Source: a virus
Taxonomy: Duplodnaviria; Heunggongvirae; Uroviricota; Caudoviricetes
Strand: one strand, 5' to 3'
Length of the DNA stretch: 19,187 bases
IMG/VR virus record: IMGVR_UViG_2657244943_000004
Position numbers and translations under genes: made by a program
Part shown: piece after piece, positions 1 through 8,903 of the stretch
Layout of the letters: every line of letters starts with the position of its first letter
How positions within the stretch are numbered: position 1 is the first letter of the stretch
The notes under the pieces: model-generated
What the model was told of the DNA's origin: nothing
Databases searched by the model: none
Seen by the model: only the letters and a program-made list of their open reading frames with translations

Positions 1-713
1 TCCACCGGCTCGAAAATATGCAGCATGGCCGGACGCCCGGTGGGAAGTTCACGCGGGATCCGTTCCCATCGTCCACTACCAGAGAACGGAAAATCATCCT
101 CACAGATATGGTACGCGACGGCACGGCCATATCGATCGACCTCCACACCGGCCCGCAGAAAACGGTTCCCCATACCGTGTCCAGGCGTGTCCACCCGTTT
201 CGGACTCACGGCTTTAAAACGCGTACGGAATAACTGCGTGGTTTCCGTATCCCAGACCGGCTGCACAAAGATTTCGCCGTTAAACGCATGAACGCCCACA
301 CCTTCACGGATAAATTCCGTGAACGTGCGTTTTCCTTCCACGTCGATCTCGCCAAACATCCCTTCGGCGTATTCCGACCAGGCCGCCTCCACCTCATCGA
401 CAAAGCTTTTTGCTGCGGTCTCCCGCATCCCCAGCCAGCGCCAGTTCGGACGGTAGCTGATCAGAAACATATGCCCGACAATGTGATCCTTATGCAGAGC
501 CACCGCATTAGCCGCTATTCCGTTATTGCGCACCAGATCATCTGCCCGGGCATTCCCCAGACGCAACGCGGGCAGCAGGGCCGCATCGGCACTCTGCGCC
601 GGTGGCAACCACTCAGCCATTTGCCCGCCAAATCCTGCACCGCCCCCGTTGTAGCTGAGACTCTCACGAAGCGGAACGCCGTTCACATCAATCAGGACAG
701 GCGTTCGTTTCAT
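1..713 (-). CDS. B: Portal protein (lambda gpB homologue), N-terminal part; gene continues beyond the window edge
   Basis: Minus-strand translation from the ATG at 713 begins MKRTPVLIDVNGVPLRESLSYNGGGAGFGGQMAEWLPP..., matching my recollection of the lambda portal B N-terminus. The ATG overlaps the W stop codon (ATGA). Not in the ORF track because it runs off the window. Confidence 0.92.
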   Translation of the reverse strand, partial: MKRTPVLIDVNGVPLRESLSYNGGGAGFGGQMAEWLPPAQSADAALLPALRLGNARADDLVRNNGIAANAVALHKDHIVGHMFLISYRPNWRWLGMRETAAKSFVDEVEAAWSEYAEGMFGEIDVEGKRTFTEFIREGVGVHAFNGEIFVQPVWDTETTQLFRTRFKAVSPKRVDTPGHGMGNRFLRAGVEVDRYGRAVAYHICEDDFPFSGSGRWERIPRELPTGRPAMLHIFEPV

Positions 714-916
714 AACCTCACTCCCAGCGGACGACGGCGACGCCGGGTTGTCCCCAGTACCGACTCCGCATCATTGATCGCCCGGTTAAGCTCATCCAGA
801 GAAGCCGCCGTATATTCAATTCTGCGACCATCTTTCTGGACAGACACCACCCGTTTACCGGTTAATAAATCAAGGCGCGCCTGACGCAGCGCCTGCAGTT
901 CAGCGACTGTAACCAT
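710..916 (-). CDS. W: Head-tail joining / head completion protein (lambda gpW homologue), 68 aa
   Basis: 68-aa product [37 protein letters not shown]... resembles lambda gpW (same length, conserved TGKRV.TVQKDGRR core) and sits between A and B as in lambda. Confidence 0.9.
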   Translation of the reverse strand: MVTVAELQALRQARLDLLTGKRVVSVQKDGRRIEYTAASLDELNRAINDAESVLGTTRRRRRPLGVRL

Positions 917-2828
917 TCACTCCTCCGGACAGCTTCGCTGCCAGTTCTTTAAGGGTTGGCCGGGTCGTCTCTTCTTCCCGGGATTTTGCCAGTACAGCCA
1001 GATCAAGCTGCCAGCGTTGCACGGACACACGTAATGCCGCGTAGGCATACACCAGGCAGTCCAGCGCTTCGTTACGCCGCTTTTTGTTATCCCACAGCAG
1101 ACGCATCTTTCCTTTTTCCCACTTCTCCACAAGCTCTTCCGCGACCAGTTGCTGCGCCTCTGTCTGCGAAAAAATCTCCGGATCATCAGGAAAACGGATG
1201 GCATACGACGTGGCTTCATCCACAGGCGTGGGATCGGCTTTCATACGGGCATAGAGAATTTCTTTTGCGGTGTCCGTCCCCACTTCACACAGATACACGC
1301 CCCGCTGATTGCGGGTTTTTGGCATGGTGATCACCGGCTTGCCATAGACAGATGCGCCTTTTATCGGCAGCACCCGGAAAACACCGTGTTTTTTTGACCT
1401 CTGATAAACGATTTCGCCATCGATCCCCCCGATGTCCCAGCAGACACGAGAAATAGTCATTTCGGTTCCGTCTGCATGGCGGTATTTTTTGTTGATCGCC
1501 GCATCCACACGTAACAGCGTCTCTTCCTCATCGGGACGCCCCATAATGATGATTTTATCCACCAGAAAGGCTTCCTCTCCCGGAGCCCATCCCCAGACAT
1601 ACATCTCAAAACGGTTTCGCTGCGAGTCAATGCCCGCCGTCAGATAAACCACCCGGGCAGGCACCGCCGCCGTGTAACGCACAACCTTATCCATCAGTAC
1701 CTGGTGATCGAGTTTTTCGCCCACGGCCTCTTCCCAGGTCTCGCCCAGCGTGGTGTTCACAAAGGTTTTCAGGCCGTTGGGATCTTTCAGTGCATCCAGC
1801 CAGTCATAGACAATCTGTACCCATGTGGTGAACGGACTGTACGCCGTCCAGATATGGAAAGTGATGGAGCGCGGCGGCGGAATTTCATCACCCCGGGCGC
1901 TGAAAAACATCAGGCCGTCACGGGTCCACATGCCCGTGTTTTCACAGATCCACCGCCCGTTACTCTGGTCAAGCTCAGACTGATGGATCACACAGCCATG
2001 ATGCTCACAAAGGTAGAAAACACTTTCTGGCTTATTCTTCTCCCACTTAAGACCGAAAGGCGAGGCATCATCGCCAAATTTCAGATACTGCTCCTCCCCA
2101 CAGTGCGGACAGGGCACATAAAAACGCATGAAGTGTGCCGACTCGTTAGCGGCTTTTTCGATCTGGCAGGAGCCTTTGATTTTAGGCGTCGAGCCGCGAA
2201 TGGATTTTGGCCATACAGAGCCCTCAATACGTTTATCCCCCAGCAGGGTTGGCGAACCCTCTTTTTCAACATCCGGTTCGAACGAGGAAAGCTCGTCATA
2301 ACAGACCACATCCACGGATTTTTCACGGTAGTTTTTTGCTGCCGCACCACCCAGACACCAGAACCCCACACCGGAGGAAAAACGCTTCAGGGTGAGCGTA
2401 TTATCGCGGTGTTTTCTTCCGAACCATGGAGCCAGCTCCAGCAATGCAGGAACATCCCTTATCGTTGGCTCAACATGAGATTTCATAAAATCTTCAGCAG
2501 CTGAGTCCGTGGGCTGAAAAAGAAGGCTGTTGCGTGATTTATGCTCAATAAAATAAGCCTCCACTCCCAGCAACATCTTTGTATAACCAACACGGGCAGA
2601 TTTAATCAGGTTAACCGTGCGAATCAGATCGTTGCCCATACAGTTCATGATGCCAACCTGAAACGGCAGTGTTTCCCACCGCCCCGGGGTATAAGACGAC
2701 TCTTTAGGAAGGTAATAATGTTTATTGGCCCACTGAACTGTCGTCAGTGGAACAGGAATAATGAGAGATAAAAGCCCTGTAGCTATCGCACCGGCTGCAT
2801 TAGCTGCCTTCTGCGCGTCTGAAATCAT
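900..2828 (-). CDS. A: Terminase large subunit (lambda gpA homologue)
   Basis: Long ORF with strong recalled similarity to lambda gpA (e.g. [58 protein letters not shown]). The ORF track starts at 2870, but the ATG at 2828 (MISDAQKA...) gives about 642 aa and a lambda-like short overlap with Nu1, so 2828 is preferred. Confidence 0.95.
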
Positions 2829-3348
2829 CGATCCACCCGCCCACGTTTTCACCGGCCTTAGCTGCAACATTGGAGGCTTTCGCGATTTCAGTTTTCACCA
2901 CATCAAGGTGTGATGGTGAAATGTCCGGATATTTACGCTGTAATGTCAACGGCACACGCACAAGTATCCCCGAAATCTCCTGTGCCACACGTTGCAGAAT
3001 GAAGGTAAACAGTTCAGTTTCCAGCACTACTCCGTCTTCACGGGCATTTTTCAGTTCCTGCGCATCTGCCTGCGCTTTTGTGAGCCTGTAGCGTTCATAG
3101 TCAATGGTGCCGGGTTGTAAATCTGACTCCGCTGCCGCACGCAAATCGTCCAGTTCTTTGCGGAGCTTTTCGTTTTCGATATCAGTTTCCCTCTGCGCAT
3201 ACCACTGAATTGCCATGGCAGTATCAAATACAGATTCAATGCCCTTACTACCTTTGGAGGCGCAAGGGAGTCCCTGAGACTGCCAGCGTTCAATCGTCCG
3301 CGGGTCCACGTTGAAAATTTCGGCAAGCCTCTTTTTATTAACCTTCAT
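2800..3348 (-). CDS. nu1: Terminase small subunit (lambda Nu1 homologue)
   Basis: 182 aa starting [12 protein letters not shown]...; recalled homology to lambda Nu1 (N-terminal winged [34 protein letters not shown]). Lies directly downstream of the cos site. Confidence 0.93.
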
Positions 3349-3514
3349 GAAAACAACCCATTATCAAATACAAGGCCCGACATGAAAACGCCAGAAAAAG
3401 GCATTTTCGGACACTTTCATGTCGGACCTTTACGGATGAAATATTAAAAAAAACAAAAAGTTATATTCGAGAAGTACCGACACGATTTTCCCTGAAAAAT
3501 TTTCATAAATAGTG
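3349..3514 (-). promoter_or_regulatory. cosB-like terminase-binding region between cosN and nu1
   Basis: Position equivalent to lambda cosB. Contains an 11-bp inverted repeat (ccgacatgaaa ... tttcatgtcgg, about 3377-3427) analogous to the inverted repeat in lambda cosB. No binding data. Confidence 0.5.
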
Positions 3515-3545
3515 AAAAACCGCGGGGTCGCCGCCCCGTAGCCTG
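3515..3545. other. cosN cohesive-end site (lambda-like)
   Basis: Minus-strand sequence GGGGCGGCGACCCCGCGGTTTTTCACTATTTATGAAAATTTT closely matches the lambda left end (GGGCGGCGACCTCGCGGGTTTTCGCTATTTATGAAAATTTTCC), then diverges. Core at plus-strand 3526-3537. Confidence 0.85.
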
Positions 3546-4096
3546 CCGGATCACCGGAAAGGACCCGCAAAACCGAGAATAAGTATCAATACTATTTGTG
3601 ATTTGAATGATGCACATCATTGAAACGCCATTCATCCATATACCAGCAGCATTCGGTGTTGCACTTCGTAACTCTGTGACTACGGTTATAAAAGCATTGG
3701 CAACTTTTGCCACCGGCAAGTCTTCAATGGATTTCCCCTGCCGGTTTTTTATTTTCGTCGATGCATAACATTGCATTTACGTCAATAGCAGCTATTGTCA
3801 TTAGTATGTTGCATCGATGCATGGGTGGTATTGGCGGTCTTCGCCGACCGGTTCTGTGTAGCTCCCTATGACCGGTTTTTTATTTCTAAGATTACAGAAG
3901 CCCTTCACTGTATGAAGGGCTTATGTAACTCTTCTTACTTAGTAATTTTCGCACCTTCCGGTATTTCCATGCGTTGAGAAAACCTCATACTATCCGACAA
4001 TAATCATCAATATACGATAAAGACATCTGACCAGATTGCAGTATTAAAAGCACTCATGCAGACTACGCCCCTCATATCATATACAAGGGGATACTG

Positions 4097-4507
4097 ATGG
4101 CTCAGGTTGCCATTTTTAAAGAAATATTTGATCAAGTGCGGAAAGATTTAAACTGTGACCGGTTTTACTCTGAACTAAAACGCCACAATGTCTCACATTA
4201 CATTTACTATTTAGCCACAGGTAATATTCACATTGTATTTGAGAGCGATAACACGGTGTTAATAAAAGGTTTCCATGATGTTATTCATGTTAGCTTTTGC
4301 AGAGACACGCGACTTATAGAAACTTACCTTCATAAGTTGAAATCAAGAGAAATCACATTTCATGAATACAGGGTAAATCTGGCTAAAGCTGGAGTTTTCC
4401 GATGGGTTACAAATATCCACGAACACAAAAGATATTACTATACCTTTGACAACTCATTATTGTTTACCGAAAGCATCCAGAACACGACTCAAATTTTTCC
4501 ACGCTAA
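4097..4507 (+). CDS. ybcV: DUF1398-family protein, YbcV-like prophage accessory protein
   Basis: 136-aa product [20 protein letters not shown]...[27 protein letters not shown] matches my memory of E. coli DLP12 YbcV. Good SD (aagggga) before the ATG. Plus strand, opposite to the late operon. Identity recalled, not searched. Confidence 0.8.
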   Translation: MAQVAIFKEIFDQVRKDLNCDRFYSELKRHNVSHYIYYLATGNIHIVFESDNTVLIKGFHDVIHVSFCRDTRLIETYLHKLKSREITFHEYRVNLAKAGVFRWVTNIHEHKRYYYTFDNSLLFTESIQNTTQIFPR

Positions 4508-4731
4508 ACCATAACGTCCGGTTTGATCCGCCTCAGTAGCCGGCACTCCCACACAGGAGTTACCAGTCGGTGCTGTGGCCATAGTTAATCTGGGTATACA
4601 GTAAAGATACAGCACATCTGGCATACTTTAATAAACATTAACAATATGAGATTTCAACTCATTGTTTAGGTTTTGTTTAAATTTCCACAAATACGATGCA
4701 CCAAACTTAAAAACACAACGGGAATCACACG

Positions 4732-5025
4732 ATGAAAAAAACGCTACTCACTTTCACACTGGCGCTGCTTATCTCTGGATGTGCTCAACAGACGTTTACA
4801 GTTGAAAACAAACCTACAACAGTAACACCGAAGGAAACCATCACTCATCATTTCTTCGTTTCAGGAATTGGTCAGAAGAAAACTGTCGATGCAGCCAAAA
4901 TTTGTGGTGGCGCAGATAAAGTTGTTAAAACTGAAACCCAGCAAACATTCGTAAATGGATTGCTCGGTTTTATTACTTTAGGCATTTATACTCCGCTTGA
5001 AGCTCGGGTCTATTGCTCACAATAA
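4732..5025 (+). CDS. bor: Bor lipoprotein (serum-resistance lipoprotein of lambdoid phages)
   Basis: 97 aa MKKTLLTFTLALLISGCAQQTFTV...LGIYTPLEARVYCSQ; near-identical to recalled lambda Bor, with signal peptide and lipobox (LISGC). Encoded opposite to the late genes, as in lambda. Confidence 0.92.
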   Translation: MKKTLLTFTLALLISGCAQQTFTVENKPTTVTPKETITHHFFVSGIGQKKTVDAAKICGGADKVVKTETQQTFVNGLLGFITLGIYTPLEARVYCSQ

Positions 5026-5288
5026 TTACATGCGCTGCCCATCAATATGGGCAGTTTTATTTACACTGTTAACCCCTTGGTTGTTTCAGCCGCCGGGGTT
5101 TTACTTGTTATTCACTGGTATGAGTACGACATCTGGCCATTTCATTCCGGGCTTTACTGTCGCCGCGACAGATGCAACGCATCGTATCGCCGTTCAGCGT
5201 AGTGATATAAGCCTCATCCGTTTTCTCTACCTGCAAACATGAAATATTCCCGTTCCGGCAATACTCAATTTTTGCTGCCAGATGGGTA

Positions 5289-5390
5289 TTACGCGGGTAA
5301 AACTCCATACGATACATATCCCCCCAGGACATGCACTTCCTCAACCTGACGACCATCTTCAGTTACCGTAATCTTTTTCAGTGCGTACAT
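5289..5390 (-). CDS. Candidate small ORF (33 aa) with strong RBS downstream of the lysis cassette
   Basis: GGAGG lies 5 nt upstream of the ATG at 5390 (minus); product MYALKKITVTEDGRQVEEVHVLGGYVSYGVLPA. No homology recognised. Overlaps the 82-aa ORF 5108..5356 in another frame. Confidence 0.25.
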   Translation of the reverse strand: MYALKKITVTEDGRQVEEVHVLGGYVSYGVLPA

Positions 5391-5422
5391 ACGTACCTCC
5401 GTTCTTTCGTTTTTTGAACAAT

Positions 5423-5443
5423 AAAAAAGCCACTGAAGTGACC
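5423..5443 (-). terminator. Putative intrinsic terminator after the endolysin gene
   Basis: Minus-strand RNA ggucacuucaguggc followed by uuuuuu, about 15 nt after the endolysin stop. Short stem with one G-U pair. Confidence 0.4.
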
Positions 5444-5455
5444 TTTTCGATGAGT

Positions 5456-6010
5456 TTATAAACCAACGCGCTCTTTCATCCAGCCATAGACAAACGACTC
5501 GTTAGCCTCGCGTTTCTCTGCCAGCGCCAGATAACGCTCACCCTGCGTACAGTTCAGGGCTTTCACCAGTACCAGTTCGCCATCCCTGCCGCGATTTTTC
5601 AGATAAGAACGTAACGCATTAATGGTTCGCGGCCCGATCCCCCCGTCTGTAACTATGTCCGGATACAGCATTCCCTTCTGATTAAACACATTCAGCCAGC
5701 GCTGAAGCATTTTTGTGGCTACCGACGGCCCCATGTTTACCCCGGTATCACACAGTTCTGCAGCAATATCAGGAGACAGGTTTGCCACCTGGTCAAAACG
5801 AGGTCCATACCAATAGTCCGCCTCAAGGATTTCCAGAGCCTGCCCGCGGCTCAAATCACGCATATCACCACGGTAACCATGCGCGCGCGCCACTTTTTCA
5901 GTAATTCCCCACTTCGTCGCTCCGCCTGTATCGTCAGGATGACTGACATAACCCCCCTCTTTTCCGAGGATTTCATCAAAAATTTCATCTCTCGATTTCA
6001 TATCAGCCAC
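5456..6010 (-). CDS. Endolysin, glycoside hydrolase family 108-like with predicted peptidoglycan-binding C-terminal region
   Basis: 184 aa. The N-terminal motif EGGYVSHPDDTGGATKWGIT is characteristic of GH108 N-acetylmuramidases. Last gene of the lysis cassette; start overlaps the upstream gene by 8 nt. Confidence 0.8.
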   Translation of the reverse strand: MADMKSRDEIFDEILGKEGGYVSHPDDTGGATKWGITEKVARAHGYRGDMRDLSRGQALEILEADYWYGPRFDQVANLSPDIAAELCDTGVNMGPSVATKMLQRWLNVFNQKGMLYPDIVTDGGIGPRTINALRSYLKNRGRDGELVLVKALNCTQGERYLALAEKREANESFVYGWMKERVGL

Positions 6011-6281
6011 TCAGGAAAGCAAAAATTTTTGAAACATTACCGCGCGCACGCACTACCATGACACCAAATACCAGGTTCAGCATCACCACCAGCCAGTCTG
6101 CCGGCAACGGATGACCACAGAGATAACTTAACGGCGTTATCGCATACAACAGCATCAGACACCAGGCGCACCACGATATCAGCGGTTTGTGTCGTGACTC
6201 TTTTCTGCGGTAGAAAAAAAGCGTCAGCACGATAACCGTACATAACGCCGCATTCAGTAATCCTGGAAGATTATTTGTCAT
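6003..6281 (-). CDS. Small two-TM membrane protein in lysis cassette (holin/antiholin-like or lysis accessory)
   Basis: 92 aa from the ATG at 6281, preceded by GGAGGAGG; hydrophobic segments LLNAALCTVIVLTLFFY and LVVMLNLVFGVMVV. Overlaps the putative holin stop and the endolysin start. The ORF-track start at 6299 is a GTG. Confidence 0.55.
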   Translation of the reverse strand: MTNNLPGLLNAALCTVIVLTLFFYRRKESRHKPLISWCAWCLMLLYAITPLSYLCGHPLPADWLVVMLNLVFGVMVVRARGNVSKIFAFLSG

Positions 6282-6663
6282 TACCACCACCTCCTCCACG
6301 CTGACGGGAGAACAGACCGGATACCAGTGATGTAATCTCCTGCTGGTGGATGAATGACAGGACTTTTACTGAGAGCACCGACACCAGGACCGCACACAAC
6401 GCATCAACGGAAGCACTGTTAAACCCAATACGTTCCGCCATGTAACCGGCCACACCACGGGCCCCAAGCACACCAACAATAAAGGACACCAGAAAATGTG
6501 CAGCCACACGCCAGGCTGAAAGTGTCTGCGGCATTGTTGCCACAAATAACGCACCAGCGAACGCACCAAATACAATCCCGAAATCCGTCCCGGTAAACAG
6601 CCCGAATACCGTCGCCCCGCCGAGCGCCACAGCAGTGCCGGAACCGGATAAGGGTTCAGACAT
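6271..6663 (-). CDS. Putative holin (about three TM segments)
   Basis: 130 aa from the ATG at 6663 with an AGGAGA RBS; Gly/Ala-rich hydrophobic segments; first gene of the lysis cassette. No similarity to lambda S, so the assignment is positional and topological. Confidence 0.6.
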   Translation of the reverse strand: MSEPLSGSGTAVALGGATVFGLFTGTDFGIVFGAFAGALFVATMPQTLSAWRVAAHFLVSFIVGVLGARGVAGYMAERIGFNSASVDALCAVLVSVLSVKVLSFIHQQEITSLVSGLFSRQRGGGGGNDK

Positions 6664-6862
6664 ATTTATTCTCCTGTAAATAAAAAGGACCATCAGCGGC
6701 CCCGTAACTGACATTTTATTAACGTTTGAAGATATGGATATTTATCAGGGTTTACCGTTTTCTGAACCCTGGATATGTTAAGCATTCAGCCCGCCAGTGG
6801 TGGGACGCTGGCTCATCATAGAGAAAGAGGGATGGCTGATTACCTCTGATCAGGGAAATTAC

Positions 6863-7132
6863 ATGCAGTTTTTACATAAAAGAATGCATTTAAATGCAGG
6901 AGATACGGTAGTGGTTGACTGCTCTCATCAGTGCAATATTTTGCTGATGACAGATACAAACTTTAATAACTACCGCAACGCAAGAAGCTTTCATCATCAC
7001 GGTGGTGGCGGTTTTTTTCAGAGATTACCGGCCCACCTTCATGTACCGCATTCAGGTTACTGGAATATTACAATTGATTTAGGAGGCGGAAGTGCAGCTA
7101 TTCGGCACTCCATTTCCGTCATCCCAGCATAG
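6863..7132 (+). CDS. Hypothetical protein (about 89 aa), His/Gly-rich
   Basis: ORF track 6797..7132 starts with GTG; the in-frame ATG at 6863 has an AGGG SD. Product contains HHHGGGGFF. Antisense to the late operon. No family recognised. Confidence 0.4.
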   Translation: MQFLHKRMHLNAGDTVVVDCSHQCNILLMTDTNFNNYRNARSFHHHGGGGFFQRLPAHLHVPHSGYWNITIDLGGGSAAIRHSISVIPA

Positions 7133-7498
7133 CAACTCGCCTTTAGCCTGAGTAAATGCGTCCTCAAGGACGGCAACGAGTCGCAGTTGCGTGCCGTCCT
7201 TTACACAGCGTGTGCAGGCAATACCTTCAGAACTTTCATTATGCCGAGCTCATACAATTTCACCATTTTGTTCAACTACAACGCTCATAATTTTCTTACA
7301 CTTTTTTAATAAACCACACCAATAACAACCATCACCGATACCTTTTGTATGCTGTTATTTTGCATTACGGTGTAACGGCAAGAGCCACCTCCCCGCCCAC
7401 CAACACACCATCAGCCAGTACCGACATCAACCGCCTAGTGAAATCCACTGCCACTACCAGAAACAACAGGATGGCAGCCAGCACAAGGCCCGCACTTT

Positions 7499-7924
7499 TC
7501 ACAGATACTGCTCCAGTGGTAACTGAAGCGCCTGTGCAATTTTCTTGAGCTGCGCTTCTTCATCCGGACCAATGCCATCCTGATCAGCGATATCCAGACA
7601 GAGGCAAAGCACGTCAACCGCCTCAGTTGTCCCCGCCACATCAGCCAGCTCACGTAATGCATGCGCATTCGCACTACGCGGTGACGCTTCATAACGGGCG
7701 CGGATATTGGCGCTCATCTGGGCAATCTCACCAGAGAACGGTGCAAAAGCAGGAAGCGCAGCAATGGTTTTCTCCAGTACTGCGATTTCTTTTGCGTCGC
7801 AGGTGCCGTCGGCATATGCAATGGAATATGCGCCCCAGACGGTCGCCTCCACCGCATCACGGTTCTCCATCTTCTTCACTTCAGTGATGGCCTTGCGGGT
7901 TTTCTTTTTGAAAATACCTAACAT
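7499..7924 (-). CDS. TerB-family (tellurite-resistance TerB-like) protein
   Basis: 141 aa; N- and C-terminal acidic motifs typical of TerB (YADGTCDAKEIAVLEKTIA ... DIADQDGIGPDEEAQLKKIAQALQL). Own transcription unit, downstream of the terminator at 8059-8082. Confidence 0.7.
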   Translation of the reverse strand: MLGIFKKKTRKAITEVKKMENRDAVEATVWGAYSIAYADGTCDAKEIAVLEKTIAALPAFAPFSGEIAQMSANIRARYEASPRSANAHALRELADVAGTTEAVDVLCLCLDIADQDGIGPDEEAQLKKIAQALQLPLEQYL

Positions 7925-8058
7925 CGTGACTTTTCCTTTGCGTAGACGAGCCTGCGCCAGATGGTTACCAGCCCACAGTGAAAGTCACACTGACAATCCC
8001 GTAAGCACCTCCTGAAAGGCTCTGTGTTTTTGATGTGCGCCAGGTGTGGCTCAGATAC

Positions 8059-8082
8059 AAAAAAAGCTCGCCGTAGCGAGCT
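8059..8082 (-). terminator. Rho-independent terminator (minus strand)
   Basis: Perfect 7-bp stem agctcgc / gcgagct with 4-nt loop, followed on the minus strand by a run of 7 U (plus-strand A-run 8059-8065); 24 nt after the stop of the 8106..8384 gene. Confidence 0.65.
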
Positions 8083-8105
8083 AACAGAAAATATGAAGCA
8101 TGTTT

Positions 8106-8384
8106 TTATCCACGAAGCATGACAATGAACTCATCCATGCCTACACGGCTGGCTATCTCGTTGTATTCCTCAACAAGAGCCAGCAATTCTGAATTAGCAG
8201 CCATGAACTCATCAAAAACCTTATGGATGGCATCACTGTTTAATAAAACAATGTTCTTTCCTGAAAGGCGATCAGGGGTAGAAAATATAACTGTTAAACG
8301 ACTAAAGGCCCTGGCTCGTTCAGCATTAACATCCTCAATACGCTGCAACAAGCTGGAGCACCTGGAAATATCATCAATATTCAC
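8106..8384 (-). CDS. Hypothetical protein, 92 aa
   Basis: GTG start at 8384 preceded by AGGAG with 4-nt spacing; followed by a clean terminator. No homology recognised. Confidence 0.5.
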   Translation of the reverse strand: MNIDDISRCSSLLQRIEDVNAERARAFSRLTVIFSTPDRLSGKNIVLLNSDAIHKVFDEFMAANSELLALVEEYNEIASRVGMDEFIVMLRG

Positions 8385-8903
8385 TCTACTCCTGCCATCT
8401 GGATGATAATCATTTCACGGAGAGAAGCACTCAGAAGTACCACTGAAGTATAACTGGTGACCAGCTGCTTACACATCTGTTGCCATCCTGCTGATGATAA
8501 GTCGATATTAACCCTTCTGTCTATAAACGAAACAAAGGATAAGTTCAGGTTTTAAACACACTGCCAGGATAAAGTATTGTATACAGTATAGAAGAGCGTT
8601 ATTGAATGACATAAAAAACCAGACCTAATCCCTTATCCGGAATATATATCAAATAAACGGGGAAAATGTATTAAGATGGCGTTCCTATTCTCTCCATCCC
8701 TGATGTCCACGTAACTCGTTATAGAATCAGAACGCCATCTGAATACACACAAAAAAGCTGGCTTCACACCCTCCTGCATGTGTGAACGCAGTGCCCGACC
8801 ACGTGCTTTCGCAACCAGCGAAAATCAGTTTTAAATACCGAAAAACGATAAGAATATATCAGAACTTCCAAGCATCCTGCTTGGCTTAGATATTAATCGA
8901 AGA

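Noticed and set aside
288-884. 198-aa plus-strand ORF
   Set aside because: Lies entirely antisense to the well-supported portal B and W genes; composition is Arg/Pro-rich as expected for a reverse-frame artefact of a GC-rich gene.
1704-2504. 266-aa plus-strand ORF and other ORFs inside 900..2870
   Set aside because: Antisense or alternative-frame ORFs within the terminase large subunit gene, whose reading frame is strongly supported by homology.
2828-2870. N-terminal extension of terminase A to the ORF-track start at 2870
   Set aside because: The ATG at 2828 gives a lambda-like length and a lambda-like short overlap with nu1; the longer start adds 14 residues with no counterpart in gpA.
3444-3776. 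110-aa minus-strand ORF
   Set aside because: Spans the cos site and cosB region; low-complexity product with no RBS support. Most likely non-coding.
5108-5356. 82-aa minus-strand ORF considered as a possible spanin (Rz-like)
   Set aside because: No TM segment, no lipobox, weak RBS. Not spanin-like; coding status doubtful.
7133-7498. Imperfect hairpin around 7160-7200 as a terminator for the 6863..7132 gene
   Set aside because: Stem has a 2-nt bulge and no clear U-tract on either strand; not convincing enough to call.
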